This document shows positions 51,647-64,000 of a stretch of 64,000 nucleotides of DNA, piece after piece. Numbering within the stretch: the first letter of the stretch is position 1; each line of letters starts with the position of its first letter. The position numbers and the translations under genes are program-made. This DNA is from Paraspadella gotoi (taxonomy: Eukaryota; Animalia; Chaetognatha), in assembly GCA_051294375.1 (NCBI GenBank), contig CM119263.1, positions 2,979,573 through 3,043,572 on the forward strand, written 5' to 3'. The notes under the pieces were generated by a model, which saw nothing but the letters and a program-made list of their open reading frames with translations, was not told the DNA's origin and ran no database searches.

Positions 51647-53699
51647 AGGGACAAAAAGCCTTTCAATAGTAAGGACGGAAAGCAAAATGATAAGAGAAGA
51701 AAAATATAAGAAAGAAGAAAAAGAAAAAGTGGATTTATAAAAAAATGAAAGAAAAAAAAAAAAAGGAAAAAAGTTTGAGGAAAAGCGTAGGGCGAATTTT
51801 TGTTATGTATACTGGAAACGAAAAAGGAGAGCAAAAGGTGAGTTCGGTTTTTGGAGGGACAACAATAAGTAAAGGCTCTCGCTTCTCTTTCTCTCTCTCC
51901 TCTCTCTCTCTTCTCTCCTCTCTCTCTCTCTCTCTCCAATCTCTTCTCTGCTCTCTCTCCGAGTCTCTTCTCTCTCCTCTGCTCTCTCTCTCCTCTCTCA
52001 CCTCTCCCGCTTCTCTCTCGCTTAGCTCTCCTCAGTCATCTGCTCTCTTCTCTTGTCTGAAAGGCTCCCCCTCCCTTTCGTGTTTAGGATGGTGAACATC
52101 TTGCTCTCTACGACTCTTGCTTTTAATTTAGCGCGATCTGTTTTAATGTTTATTTCTCCACTTAGTAATTGTTTTCCAAGACACAAGAATAGAAAACAAC
52201 GCTAAATATCCCGACTTTATACGTAAGATTAGTCGATTTTTGCTATTTTCTCTAATTAGAGATCCATTATTTTGTAAATATCACCGAAAAATAAAAGATT
52301 CCTTGAAAATTAAAAATTCCGTTTTTTAAAGTTGAAAAATTAAGTTTGATGTATTTTCCATTAAACTTTAATTCTATTAACAAACTACAAAAATCTTAAA
52401 CGGATTTAACCACCAAAATAAATATTTAAGTATGACAAAATTCCAGAAATTGAAATCAAATAAGGGTATTCTAAATTACATCAAGTGTGTCAGAGAAAAG
52501 AATAAATAAATAAATGAGATTAGACAATAGACTTTTTTTGGGGGTGAAACGACACAAAAGGAAGCGTCCTTAATTTAGGGAGAAAGAAGATTTGCATTGT
52601 TGAACGGAGCGGCGACGCGACGCCGGCTGGAGGCGAGAATAACAAGAACTAAATGTTTTGGAAGAATCGGACAAACAAAAAGGGCAAAGAGAATGAAGCA
52701 GAGAGAATATAGAGTGCGGCAGAAACAGAGAAGAACGAAGAATCAAAAGATGAAATGAGAGGAGACTAGAGGTGAATATATTAATATTTCAGAGATTAGT
52801 GTTTAGGATATTCAAAGTTAAAATTATGTTTTTCCGCCAGACGATCAAGTGTTTGTTAAAGCAATTTCGACTTGAATACACGAGCGTCGTTGTTAAACCA
52901 GGAGACATTTAAGTCCTTCGTACGTGCTCTTCTGTGCTGAGTCAATTAGTATTTCTGCGAGGTGTTTCAATTTTTTCGATGTGAATCTAGCAACTTATGT
53001 AAATAATCTCGGCTTATTATGATTGTTATTTAGATCATATCCGCTGCAACAACAATGTCTATTAAAAATCTGTGAAATTTCCTGTTTTTAGTTTAATTTT
53101 AATATTCACATATTATTCAAGAAAAACTGAAATTCATGGATAGCATTTTAAATGTGGCATAACAACAAATTAAGGGATCCAATTACTGAATCGTTGAGAA
53201 AGCCAGTCAACGGAGAGTGTGTGCTGAATTCATTGTAAACTGGGGGCCTGTCTGCAATGTGTCTCATTGTCACAATTCAACCATTTTTTTAGATTTTTTT
53301 CAGATTTTCTCTCACTTCCCCCCCTACCCTTCCTCTTCCGTCCTCAAGATTCTTCCTCCCTATCGTTTTTGTATTGTGGTAGCAAAGGTCGCAGCGAGGT
53401 TTTTCAGTCATTCCCGGCAGGCCTCTTAATATTCCCTTGTAATCCCCTTCTATTCTCCTCCCTCTCCCCCTACTCCCTCTCGCCTCTTCTCCCTCTCTTC
53501 CACTCCCTCTCATCCCTTCTCGTTGCAAATTCCGCCGTCTATCTTCCTCTACGCCCAAAAGAGAAAATGAAGTGAGAGAGAAGAATAGCGTTTCTCTCTT
53601 CCCCTTTTCTAATTGAGAGGAAAGAGACCCAGCGAGAGAAATCTATCTCATTTCTCTTCTCTGTTCTGTCTGACTCTCTCTCTCTCACCTCTTCTCTCC

Positions 53700-53737
<38 letters not shown>

Positions 53738-55640
53738 CTCCTCTCTCTCTACTCTCTCGTCTCTCTCTCTCTCTCCCTACCTTCATGATGCCGAACCCGT
53801 TAATATTCACGATGTTGTTCTATTTCTCATCTCCCTCCACTCCTCCTCCTCCACCGCCGCCACTCTCCTTCCAGCGACAGGGACATCGACGTGAAGCCAT
53901 TTTTAACGACGCCGGCGCAACGTGACTCGTCATTTGGCAGCCGCAACGACTCCCGGCGGCTCGATCGCCCCTACCCCTCCGCTGTCCTTAGACGCCGTCT
54001 CGCAGTACGCGAGTTCGGTCGTACGATGGGAAGACCTCAGCTCGGGCGAGTGGTCAGTACAATGTCAGGTCCGCGGCAGCGCGATCAGCGGCGGCGCTAC
54101 GACGGAGGACTAGTGTTACGCTGAGGCGAGTGCCCGCCGATGCTTGCCATTCGCTGCGGCGTACTGTTCGCGCCGTCCTTCTTTGTTCCTGACAGATTTT
54201 GGACTTCTCGATCTCAGCCGCAGCGAATAGCATCTCGTGCATATCTCGCTGTGACTTCGTCCCTTGAGGCATCTGTAAATTTCGACGACGAAGATCAAAG
54301 TCGAAGAAGACAAGCTGAATCGCCGTGCACTCCTGCGATCCCACTGCACTGCACCTCTGAATCGCATCATTACCTATGCGATCCATACCATGTTTCCCGC
54401 ATGTCACTTTATTAAACAACATTCTGGCTGCAGCCTCTTCTAAGCATTTGTGTGTCGCCATCTGAGGACAAGCTTGAGATTGAGATAGTAGAGGTAGTTC
54501 CGGTCTTGGAGTCTCGATGGCCTGTTCAAATCGAATGTCAACGGTCACCCGCATTCCCTATTGAATCCGTCTGCATCGTCTGCAGAACCGCCTGCTTCAC
54601 CTGCAGACCGCATAATGCGCCTCCATCAACCGAGCTCTGCGAAATCGGCAGGGCCCATCGCCTACACTCTCCCGAATCGGGCCCGCATCGCTCGCCATCC
54701 CTCCGAGCTAGGACGAGTGTTCAGACCACTCGTGTTCGATCTGCAGGGTCATGAGAGGGTATGTCATCCACGTAAACGCAGACCGCGTAGGGTTGATGTC
54801 TATGGATACATAAGGCGGAATGTAATCACATCGTAGAGGAGGCTAAAGCTGGCGGTGGCCGATGAGCAGTAGATGTCGCGAAACACACCGATGCCTCTAG
54901 GAGAGACACGACAAGAGAATCATCCCTTGTAGTCATAAACGAAAGCCCCTCGGTCAATTCTCTCCCGAACGATCTCGGAATCCCCCCTCTTCTCCCGGCT
55001 CCCCCACCATCCTATTCCACGATTCCGACGAAAGCGACGCTGACGGCGAAGTTTCTGCGACTGTGCCACCGGTGCGACGCGTTCTACGCCCGCGTGCGAC
55101 GAGATGGATGTCACATTAGCTCGGGGTTTCAATGCCGGCGTCAACCGCACATCATTTTTCACTCTCTGTCGTCGCCGGCGTCATAATTTTATCAACAATC
55201 CGGCGGTCATCCGGAGTCGTTTTATAGACGTCAACCCAGTCGATGAAGTGGGCGATCATGCCGGGTGTCAATTGTTAGCTGCCTGAAACATCTGTCGTCA
55301 ACCGCCGTCATTTTCTCCGGGCTACGCGCGTCAATGGCGATTATTTCTCGACGATCTCTGGGGTCTATCGGCCGGGTGGATCGAGACTTACAAGGAGAAA
55401 ACGAAAACAAGTCCGTTGATCACATAAAATGGAGCAAATCTTTGAAGGTTATTGACGACGAAGTTGAGAACCGGGTTGAGAGATCGGTTGAGATTCACCT
55501 TTATTTCGTTTTCGAGATTAACTTACGATCTCACGTCAACCAGTCAACGACGTTGAAACTAATGACAACACATCCTCGCTAAAGGACAATACACCGTGAG
55601 CTGGAAAGTAGGCAGACCATCTCTCTTCTTCTCTCTCTCG
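42745..55640. repeat. Tandem duplication: about 42745-48385 (5.6 kb) followed by an insertion-riddled copy at about 48385-55640 (7.2 kb)
   Basis: Collinear anchors, e.g. 42840/48540 aaaaaggcaaggg, 43690/49880 tagctcccccagaactc, 45470/52180 ttccaagacacaaga, 48350/55600 gctg(g)aaagtaggc. Confidence 0.9.
47945..48150. repeat. Degenerate ccggcgtca(t/a) repeat array
   Basis: Many (c/t)cggcgtca units; noisy copy at 55130-55350. Confidence 0.65.
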
Positions 55641-58417
55641 TCTCTCTCTCTCTCTCGTTTCCTGCTCTGCATGTCTCTCTCTATCTCTCATCTCTCCTCT
55701 CCTCCTCTCTCAAGTCCCCTCATCCCTCTCTCTCTTCCTCTCTCCAGTCACGGTGTGATATAAAGTTCCACTTGGTTGATTAGCTAGCGGCCTTCGTTTC
55801 GTGATACGTTGCTGGATCTTAATGGAACTGACATAGACGGCTGGACTTTTAAATCGTGATTGGTGTTTTTTAACCCGCCTGCCGTACATTCTCTCTCTTC
55901 TCTCTCTCTCCTCTCTACCCGCGTCTCTCAGGTCCTCCTCTACATCATCTTCGCCCTCCGTCGATGAAATCTCCTCGCAGCCGATCCCCTCACTCTCTCA
56001 TACTCTCCCTGGCTGGCATGCCACTCCCGTCGCTCACCCCGCCCCCCCCAGGCGACTTTGGCGTCGTCTGCGGGGATGCCACGTCGACTGGTCTCCTCTC
56101 TATCCTCTCGCCCGTCGCTTATCCTGCCTCGCATCGACTCAGCCCCTGGGCCGTGTGCCATGTGCTGTAGCTCGTCATTCGTGGCTCCATCTCGCTCATC
56201 GGTATCAGCTATTAGCTCTTCTGATCATTACTCATTCATTAGAGTCTTGCAGCTCATCACTCTATGATGCCTCGCGTTAGCTCTAATCCCAGGCCTGATG
56301 GAGCGTTCGGCTGTCGTTAAGTGCTTGTTGCGGAGACTCGTCGTCTCGAGGGGAGATCGATGTAATGGAATGACTTAGGAATGGAATATCTGATTGATTT
56401 GATCGATCATGGATTCTAGTGGAAAACATAATAAAATGTGGGCCAAGGACGAATCGGTTCAAGCGTCTATGCGACAGATCCTCACAACACCTCTCTGCAT
56501 ATGTGACCAGCACTAAGAACAGATTAATCTTTCGCAATCGGTACAGTGAACAAAATGAAACAAACCAAAAAAAGAAATACAAAAAGCCTGCTTTAATAAC
56601 GGAACATGAGATTGTTATGCACGGCAGACGGCTTTTTTTTATACTTTCATGTTTCGGTGGCCCAGTAGTTGTTGGGCGTTGTTGTCCTACACGGTGCCGA
56701 CACACTACAATCTTTCGCTTCCGACAATTGGAATCTATAAGGCACGTTATCAGACTCGAAATAAATGCACACTCAGAATACCCCTACGTGAATATATTGC
56801 GCTTGTCCATGATGAGTTTTGTTGTTTGATTTGAAATTTCACATGGGTTACAATTGATTTTCTTTTAGATAATAAATTGGCGTATGCAGTCAAGTTTTAA
56901 AACGAAGTAAACCGGGTCGCAGTTCTGGCAATGAGGCTGCGTTAATTTTTTTTTATTTACCTAAACCGCAGCCACTTTTGTTTCCTGCCGCCGCCGTCGA
57001 AGCGTTTAATATGATGTTGTAATTGAATTAAAAACCCGAAATTATTAGAAAAGAACGGGCAGAGCCGTTTCAACAAGAGACAAGACATTCTTTTGAACGG
57101 GGTGAATCGCCAATATGAATTCTTTTTTCATAAACATTTTTGATAACAATTTTTAATATTAAATCGCATGATTGTATTCTGAAAGCAATTGTTTCTTATC
57201 CACGGATGAAAAAATAAAAAAATAAATATCAACGTAAGAGGTTTGTGTATTTTCGGCTCTCCTCTCTCCATCTCTCTCTCGCTCTCTCTCTCCTCCGCTC
57301 CTCTCTCTCGTCCTCCTCTCTCATCCTCTCTCTCTCTCACGATCTCCGTCTCTCTCTCTCTGTTCAAATTCTACTGATAGAGAGTATTCGAATCCAACTT
57401 GCATATTAACCATTTCTTCTTCTTCTTTTCTATCTTCTTCTTCTTCTTCTTCTTCTTCTTCTTTCTTCTTCATTCTTTCTCTTCTTCTTCTTCTCTTTTT
57501 CTTAGAAAATGAAAAATGCACTTTTCTCCATTTCCGGGCGCCGAGATTCCTTCGTCGGCGCCGAGACTGAGACGACGCGGCGCCGACGCTGAGACAACAG
57601 CGGCGCCGCCAAATCTCCCGGCGCGAAACGATAGAGAGTGAGAGGATTAACCTGCGACGCCATTAGAGACCGGAGGACCGACCGTACCGACAACGACGAC
57701 TACGACGACGACGACGACGACAAGTGAGGTAGTCCTCCGTTGGACGAATGCCTTTCAAGTCAGTCAAGACGACGACGGAGAGCCTTCGTCGCCAAGCACC
57801 GACGACAACAACAACAACGACGACGACCGAGGGTAGAACTCGTCCGAGTCTTTTTGAATAAAATCCGACAGAGGGCGCGAACGCCTCGAGAAATGACGAC
57901 GACCGACGTCACAAAGACGATCGACGACGAACGACAGCGGACGATGTTGCTGATTGAGATGGCAGCTCTGGCGGCTGCGCCTCCGAAATTCTACCGTCCA
58001 CGCCAGCCCGCCGTGCCACTTCGCGCTCCACGATCAATCCTCTGGCCTCCGCCGCGCAGCCGCAGGCGAGCAGGCGCGCCGAAAGCGGCGCCCGCCTCAT
58101 CCGCACCCTCGCCCCGCCCTCGCCGGCCGATTATTCCGTCACCCACCCCTCCGCCATCGGCCGCCCCTTCTTGGCCCTCCGGCCTGAAGCGGACAGACCC
58201 CCTTCTCGCGGCGACAATGATGGTGGCGGGAACCTCGATTTTTTTGGTTTGAACCCGGCAGCGCAAAGAACGAAAATTTCCATCAGAGCGAAGGTGAGGC
58301 GCAAGCGAGTAGAGGACGGATGGGGGAAGAGGGGAGGAAGGGCGTGAGGACGAGACAAATCGCTTTCCAATTTTTGTTGAAAGAGTTTGTGAGTGAGGGG
58401 AAGATTGTGAACCGTGA

Positions 58418-58448
<31 letters not shown>

Positions 58449-58621
58449 TGCGGAGAGAGAGAGAGAAGAGAGAGAGAGATGGAGAGAGAGAGAGGAGGAG
58501 AGAGAGAGAGAGAGAGAGAGGAGAGAGCGCCTCTGTTCCGACCAACGTCTCAGATATATTGCTTTTGGCTCGAACCGCCGCGGGCCCTANNNNNNNNNNN
58601 NNNNNNNNNNNNNNTGGAAGG

Positions 58622-58703
58622 GCCTCACAGAGATCCTCACAGTGATTCTCACAGTGATCCTCACTGTGATCCTTTGCGAACCTCACAACGATCCTCACAG
58701 TGA
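58622..58703. repeat. 12-bp tandem repeat gatcctcacagt
   Basis: About six units immediately after the 25-N gap. Confidence 0.75.
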
Positions 58704-59283
58704 ACCGTGTACATCCCTCGTAAAGGGTGAAAGCTCGTCCCCCCTTCGCTCCCTCCACCCCCGACCCTCATTGAAAAAAAAATGTGGTTCCTCGTTTCAT
58801 GGTTGGGATAATTGCCAACGGCGTTGGCCGTCGTCTCTTCAGCGATGTACATACTGTCACTAGACTATGTCACTTCGCTGCATACACGACAAAGTGGTAC
58901 ATTTAAATATGTGAGAGGGTTGGTGATTTTAATCATTTATTTGCTTTATTGAACTATTAAAGTTTACTTCAAGTACTACCTTAAAAAATATTTAAAAAGA
59001 AAAACAATTAATATGAAAGAAAAAATACATAATATCTGAAGATAAAAACGGAGATTGCTTCAATCTCATAACGTTTAACTAAGATGATATATATTCATAG
59101 ATCATAATTAAATATTCGCAACTATGAGTGACGCCTGTATTTATATCCCTCCCTCTTTTAAAAAAAAAATTATTTTCGTTTGAATCAACGGGTTCATGTT
59201 TCTTTCTTTTCGTCCTCGCACTCACCAACGAAAACAAAATTAAAAACTTCCAACGCGATACCCAAAAAAGGCGCCTTTTTTAT

Positions 59284-59463
59284 GGCACTATTTTCCCAAA
59301 GCGCCTCATTTCTGTTTCTTAACTCCTGGATTTAATTTAATAATAATAATAACCTTACTTAATGCCTAAAACTAACTCCTAACTTAATTTTTAAAATTGA
59401 AAAAAAAACAAAACTTTATTTTGAATTTAAACTGAAATCAGGCGATTTCGAAAAAACAGTGCC
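59284..59463. mobile_element. MITE-like element, same family (short copy)
   Basis: GGCACTATTTTCCCAAAGCGCCTCATTTCTGTTTCTTAA ... GAAATCAGGCGATTTCGAAAAAACAGTGCC. Confidence 0.68.
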
Positions 59464-60407
59464 CAAAAAAACCCCTCTAAAAAATATTCACATTTATTCC
59501 CCCCCCCCGTTTTAAAATAATTTAACTATAGTTCCCCCTTATACTATTTTCCTCTTTCTTCTCTCTTTTTATAAAAGTTTCCCTTTTTGCTTCACAGTCC
59601 TCCTCTCTACTCCTCATTTTTTTTACATCCCGCCTGAATTTTTTTATTATTTTTATTATTATTATTTTTTATTATTATTTTTTTTTAAAAAAGCGTTTCA
59701 CGCTTTTTTTTTCTTTCGACTTCTTATCGTTGGACTGACTTTTTCACTTTACTTCCCTTTCCCTAAAACACTCACCTTATTCCCCGAATCATCGTCGAAT
59801 AAAAAATCGACCCTACCTTATCTCTCTCTCTCTCTCTCTCATCGTCTTCTCTCTGCTCTCTCTCGTCGTCTGCGTCTGCCTCTCTCTCTGCTCATCATCC
59901 TCGTGCGTCTCTCTCTCTCTCTGCTCACCCGCATCCGCCTATTTTCTGCCATGCGATTTAAATCCGCCAACGCCCACCGTTGGCTAATTTGCGCGCGCAT
60001 CGTGACACAGACTGGGAAGCAGACAGGGCCGCCGGCTCTTCGGAGCGGTCGGCACAAGCGCGTCTACCGGACTCGCGACGTGGCGGCCATCTTGGGCAGC
60101 AACGCCAGACGCCTTCGCCAAAAGACGATCGGTAGCAACCCTTGCAGCCATCCACAAGCTTCGGCAGCGGGAATGGCGTTCGGCGCCCAGGAGCGTCCCC
60201 AGCAGGCAGCAAGCAGCATCACGTGCTAAGCAGGCGCTCGCGCGTCGGTCGTACACGAGATTGCCGGATCAGATTCGGCGGCGTTTTGTCGGGCGTGTAG
60301 GGGGCAGAGATCAAGAGGGCAGAGAAGAGAACAGAGATGAGAGAGCAAAGGGAAGAAAGAAAAGAAAAAGAAAGAAAGAAAAGAAAGGAAAAAAAGAAAG
60401 AAAGAAA

Positions 60408-60425
60408 GAAATAAAATAAATAAAA

Positions 60426-60496
<71 letters not shown>

Positions 60497-60532
60497 ATAT
60501 ATAAATAAATAAATAATAAATAAATAAATAAA
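60408..60532. repeat. (AAAT)n microsatellite flanked by (AAAG)n
   Basis: Direct reading; representative of dozens of SSR tracts, e.g. (CT)n 3073-3226, (GA)n 7245-7374, (CT)n 11350-11476, (TTTC)n 38340-38432. Confidence 0.95.
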
Positions 60533-61225
60533 GAAAGAAAGAAAGAAAGAAAGAAAGAAAAGAAAGAAAAGAAAGAAAGAAAGAAGAAAAAAAAGAGAGA
60601 GAGAAGAGAGAGTGAGAGAAGTGAGAGGAGAGAGAGAGAGTGGTGATAGATTATTGATAAGTTGATTTTTATTTTGGTCATAACGGTCAAACTAAGTGAT
60701 TTCAAAAGATGATATGATAACTTATTTTATTATAGAATAGTTTTAATGCTTTAACGATAAGCTCAGGTAAAAAAAAAAAAAGGTAATGCTGCTTTTTCGA
60801 TGGAATTGTCCGCTCAGCGGCAAGGACGAGTCTCGTTATTGTCTTTTTCTGCTCGTCCCATTATTGGAAGAGTCGATAAAATGATACTTTAATTTTTTAA
60901 TTTTTTTTGGTTAAAGTTATAAAGGACTTGAAAGCTCCTATTCAGCGTATTTTTTTTTCCTTCGGGGCATCTCCTATTAAGATTGTTTTCTATCTACTTT
61001 TTATTATAGTTTTTTAAGGAAAAAGAAAGCATAACTAAATACATAATACACTTCGAGTCCGATAACGCATCCAGGCAAATAAAAAATATTTTACACGACT
61101 TGCATTGAAAAATCAGTAATGTGAATTTGAAAAATGCACGCAGGCAATCGACAGTAACATGCGGACGGTTTGAAAACGAAAGAGAGAGAAGAGGAGAGGA
61201 AGAGGAGAGGAGAGATGAGAGAGAT

Positions 61226-61257
<32 letters not shown>

Positions 61258-61547
61258 AGAAAGAGGCGTCAGTATCGCGACGGAAGTGGAAATTCAATAG
61301 TCCATAGCGGAGAGTGCGATTTTTTAAAGAAAATGAACAACTGGAAATTGGAAAAAGTAAAATCAAAAAAATATTCATATAACAAGAATCAAAAGAGCTT
61401 AAAAATCTGCTGTAGTATTTCAATTCAATGTGGATGAAAAAATATGAAAAAGAACGGTGAGTGTAGTAAACACATAGAGAGAAGAGAGAGAGAGGAGAGA
61501 GAGCAGAGAGAGAGAGAGGAGAGAGAGAGAGAGACAGCTGCACCACC

Positions 61548-62225
61548 TGAACGCGAAAAAGAGCCACGAAATCTGACCGCGCGCACCGTCTTTTTTCTCG
61601 GCGTTCGTTCCCCCACAAGGGCCTTGCGCTTCGTGGCCAGCAGAGGTGTTTTGAAGCGAGGCCTTCGACGGCCCGCGGCGAGGCGGAAGGATGGTGGACG
61701 GGGACGGCGGGTGGATTGGAAAGGGCGTGGCTGTTTGGTGAGCGGGCGTCAAACATCGCGTGGTGTCCCGTCATCCTCGATGGCGCGAAAGTCCAAAGGC
61801 CTCTCAGCAAGACCGTGGACCACGAGGATCGTTCTCAAGACTCAAATGCACATGTGCGCCTCAACCTCAAATCGCGCTGTCCTCAATCAGGGTGAGCGCC
61901 TGATGAAATCGGGCTCGGTGGCGGGTCAGACCTGTATAATCGGTGAGTCGATGTGCCCCTCAGCACTCGCTGTGTTATCGGTTGGTCGACCATCGATTCG
62001 CTGGTCAAAAGTTGATCAAGCTGGTCGACGAGAGATTGGCCGGTATAATCTAAGATCACCTGGTTGACGGCGCAATTGATCAACGCTGTTGCGATGACAT
62101 ATTTGGGCCGGTTCGACCTCAATTAGCTGGTTTCACAGTTGATCAGCAAGATCGAGCGATAGATGTGGCCCGTGGCAAGCAGGCTGAAGTGGATCGACTG
62201 TCGATCTTAAAGCCGGCGACGGCCT
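61548..62225 (-). other. Exon-like GC-rich segment with frameshifts (unidentified gene in low-accuracy sequence)
   Basis: Protein-like stretches KYVIATALINCAVNQVILDYTGQSLVDQLDQLLTSESMVD and VLRTILVVHGLAERPLDFRAIEDD broken by stops; possible acceptor attcaag at ~62224 and donor cag|gtgg at ~61547. Confidence 0.35.
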
Positions 62226-64000
62226 TGAATATTTTTTTTTTCTCTCGAAATATACTTTGGAATAAATCAATTAGGCCTTTTAAAAATTTTACTACCGTAA
62301 CTATAAGTCGTTTACAGTGAATATTAATGTTTGTTTACGCGTGGTAGTAAATTTTAATTCAGTTTTGTTGTAATCTAGTTGCTTAGCAATAACTTTTTTA
62401 AAAGCGAGATTATTGTCAAATTATTTTCTAGAATAAAAAATACATGGAAGATCGTCGACTGTGTCAATTTTAAAACTTTTTTAATTAATATTTATTATAT
62501 GATATTATATACTTTTTAATTTAATAAATTATGCAGATGATATTTTTTTTTTAACATTTAAAAATACGTTTTAACGCGGCAGGTAAATGGCGTAAAAACT
62601 GTATTCATTGGCAAGCATCGAATTTAATTTGATCTTTTTGTCTTTTATTTCGCTTAAATTTTTTAAAAAGTTTTCCTTTACGTCGTTGATCGTTTAACTC
62701 TTTGCCGCTTTCATCGTCAGCGCGCTTTTTAAACTGTTATAACGCGGCGTGTAGCCGTGTTTGATTTCGGTAAACGACGACGACGACGACGACTGATCGT
62801 AATGACGCGCTTTCGGTACGTCAGTGCACGAACCCCGGCCTTCTCACCGACGTGTTCTTGTCCGCATGCCGCCTCATGGGTGGGCTGCTTCCTTTGTCCG
62901 TGTCCTTCAGGCCTATTTGCTTAATATTCGCGTCTTTGCTTTTGTTGGCTTGGTTTTTTTTTTTCCTTGCGTCGTACGTACCGCCAGCAACAAATTTATT
63001 CGCACGATCAAAAATACGCACGCGGCTGCTTGAATCCGTCCACTATTTTCTTTTCTTTTAAAATCACAAAGAACTCGAAACGTGGAGTGAGATTTTTCAT
63101 CATTTAAGCGTGATTTTGGCTTCTTATTGTGGATCCAAAATGCTTTTCTCATACAATATTTTTATGTCGGCTTTTTCTTCGTCGACTTTACTCTCTCCTC
63201 TTCTATCTCTCTTTCTTTCTCTCTCTCTCTCTGCTCTCTCTCTCTGCTCTCGTCTCTCTCTCTCTCTTCGCCGCATGCCTCTCATCTCTCTCTCTCTCTG
63301 TCTCTTCTCTCTGTCACAATCGCCGTCGCACCATGCAACGCGCTGCGTTCCAGAATCACTGTCAGCAGCAATCAGCCGAGGGTGGGGGGAAAGGGAAAAA
63401 ATTCGGAAATCTCTAATCTGTGATCCACTATCTTCATGGGCGCGGAAGCGTCAGCGCCTGCCACGCGGCGTCTTTTCGCACTCAAAAACACGGGGCGGGC
63501 CGCCGCTAGCTCGGACCGCCTGTCAGCCGCCGCCTCGTAAGGGCCACGGCCCACCAACCGCTCGCTACTGTCCGGGTTCGGCGCGCGAACAGTTCACTGG
63601 ATGGGCGAATTGCCTCCACAGAGCCTCAAAAGGGGGCGCGGGGCTTCAATCCGCCGCCTGGCAGGATCCAAGGTGAGTGTTGGGGAGAATTTTCCTTTTA
63701 AATTTTATAAATTAAGAAACTTATTTATTTTTTTAATAAAAAATGCAAATGCATGAAAGTTATTTTGCACATTCCTTGTAATAAAATGTTTGTAATATGT
63801 AAAGTATTATTAGATATTAAAAATTAATCAAAAAAAAAATCGAGAAGAAAAACTAATATCATTGTATAGCTGCATAAGAAATTTACACGTTTTTTTCGAA
63901 AAAAAAGTTGATTGGTTATGAATTGAATGCGAAATAAAAGGATATAATTATATATACTATGATCGCTTTCCCTTATATTTTTTTGCTCTCTTGAATCTTT

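Noticed and set aside
53891-55582. Cluster of 60-166-aa ORFs
   Set aside because: Lie in the insertion-riddled duplicate of 47050-48360; frames are not shared between the copies

Overview
Eukaryotic (invertebrate animal-like) draft genomic DNA: AT-rich, saturated with (AG/CT)n, (TTTC)n, (GAC)n and (CAT)n microsatellites, with GT-AG introns, four N-gaps and three kilobase-scale near-tandem duplications that look like long-read gap-filling artefacts. Nearly all ORF-track entries are microsatellite read-through. Two spliced minus-strand genes could be rebuilt by hand. (1) A MATCAP/KIAA0895-family tubulin tyrosine carboxypeptidase-like gluzincin (HEIGTH...TEEGLA; core exons 11706-2182), with a probable Ser/Pro-rich C-terminal extension and an unresolved 5' end. 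(2) A complete five-exon, 270-aa secreted AA15 lytic polysaccharide monooxygenase (22874-18683) with a His brace but unusual second-sphere residues. Also present: a ~180-300 bp MITE-like family with GGC-initiated TIRs and a degenerate (TAACCC)n core (6 copies), SINE-like and Helentron-like relics, many minisatellites, and unresolved exon-like fragments at 42-47 kb and 57-63.7 kb. I found no convincing novel multi-gene system. The most interesting items are the divergent LPMO, the extended MATCAP and the MITE family. All family assignments come from motif recall; no database search was run.
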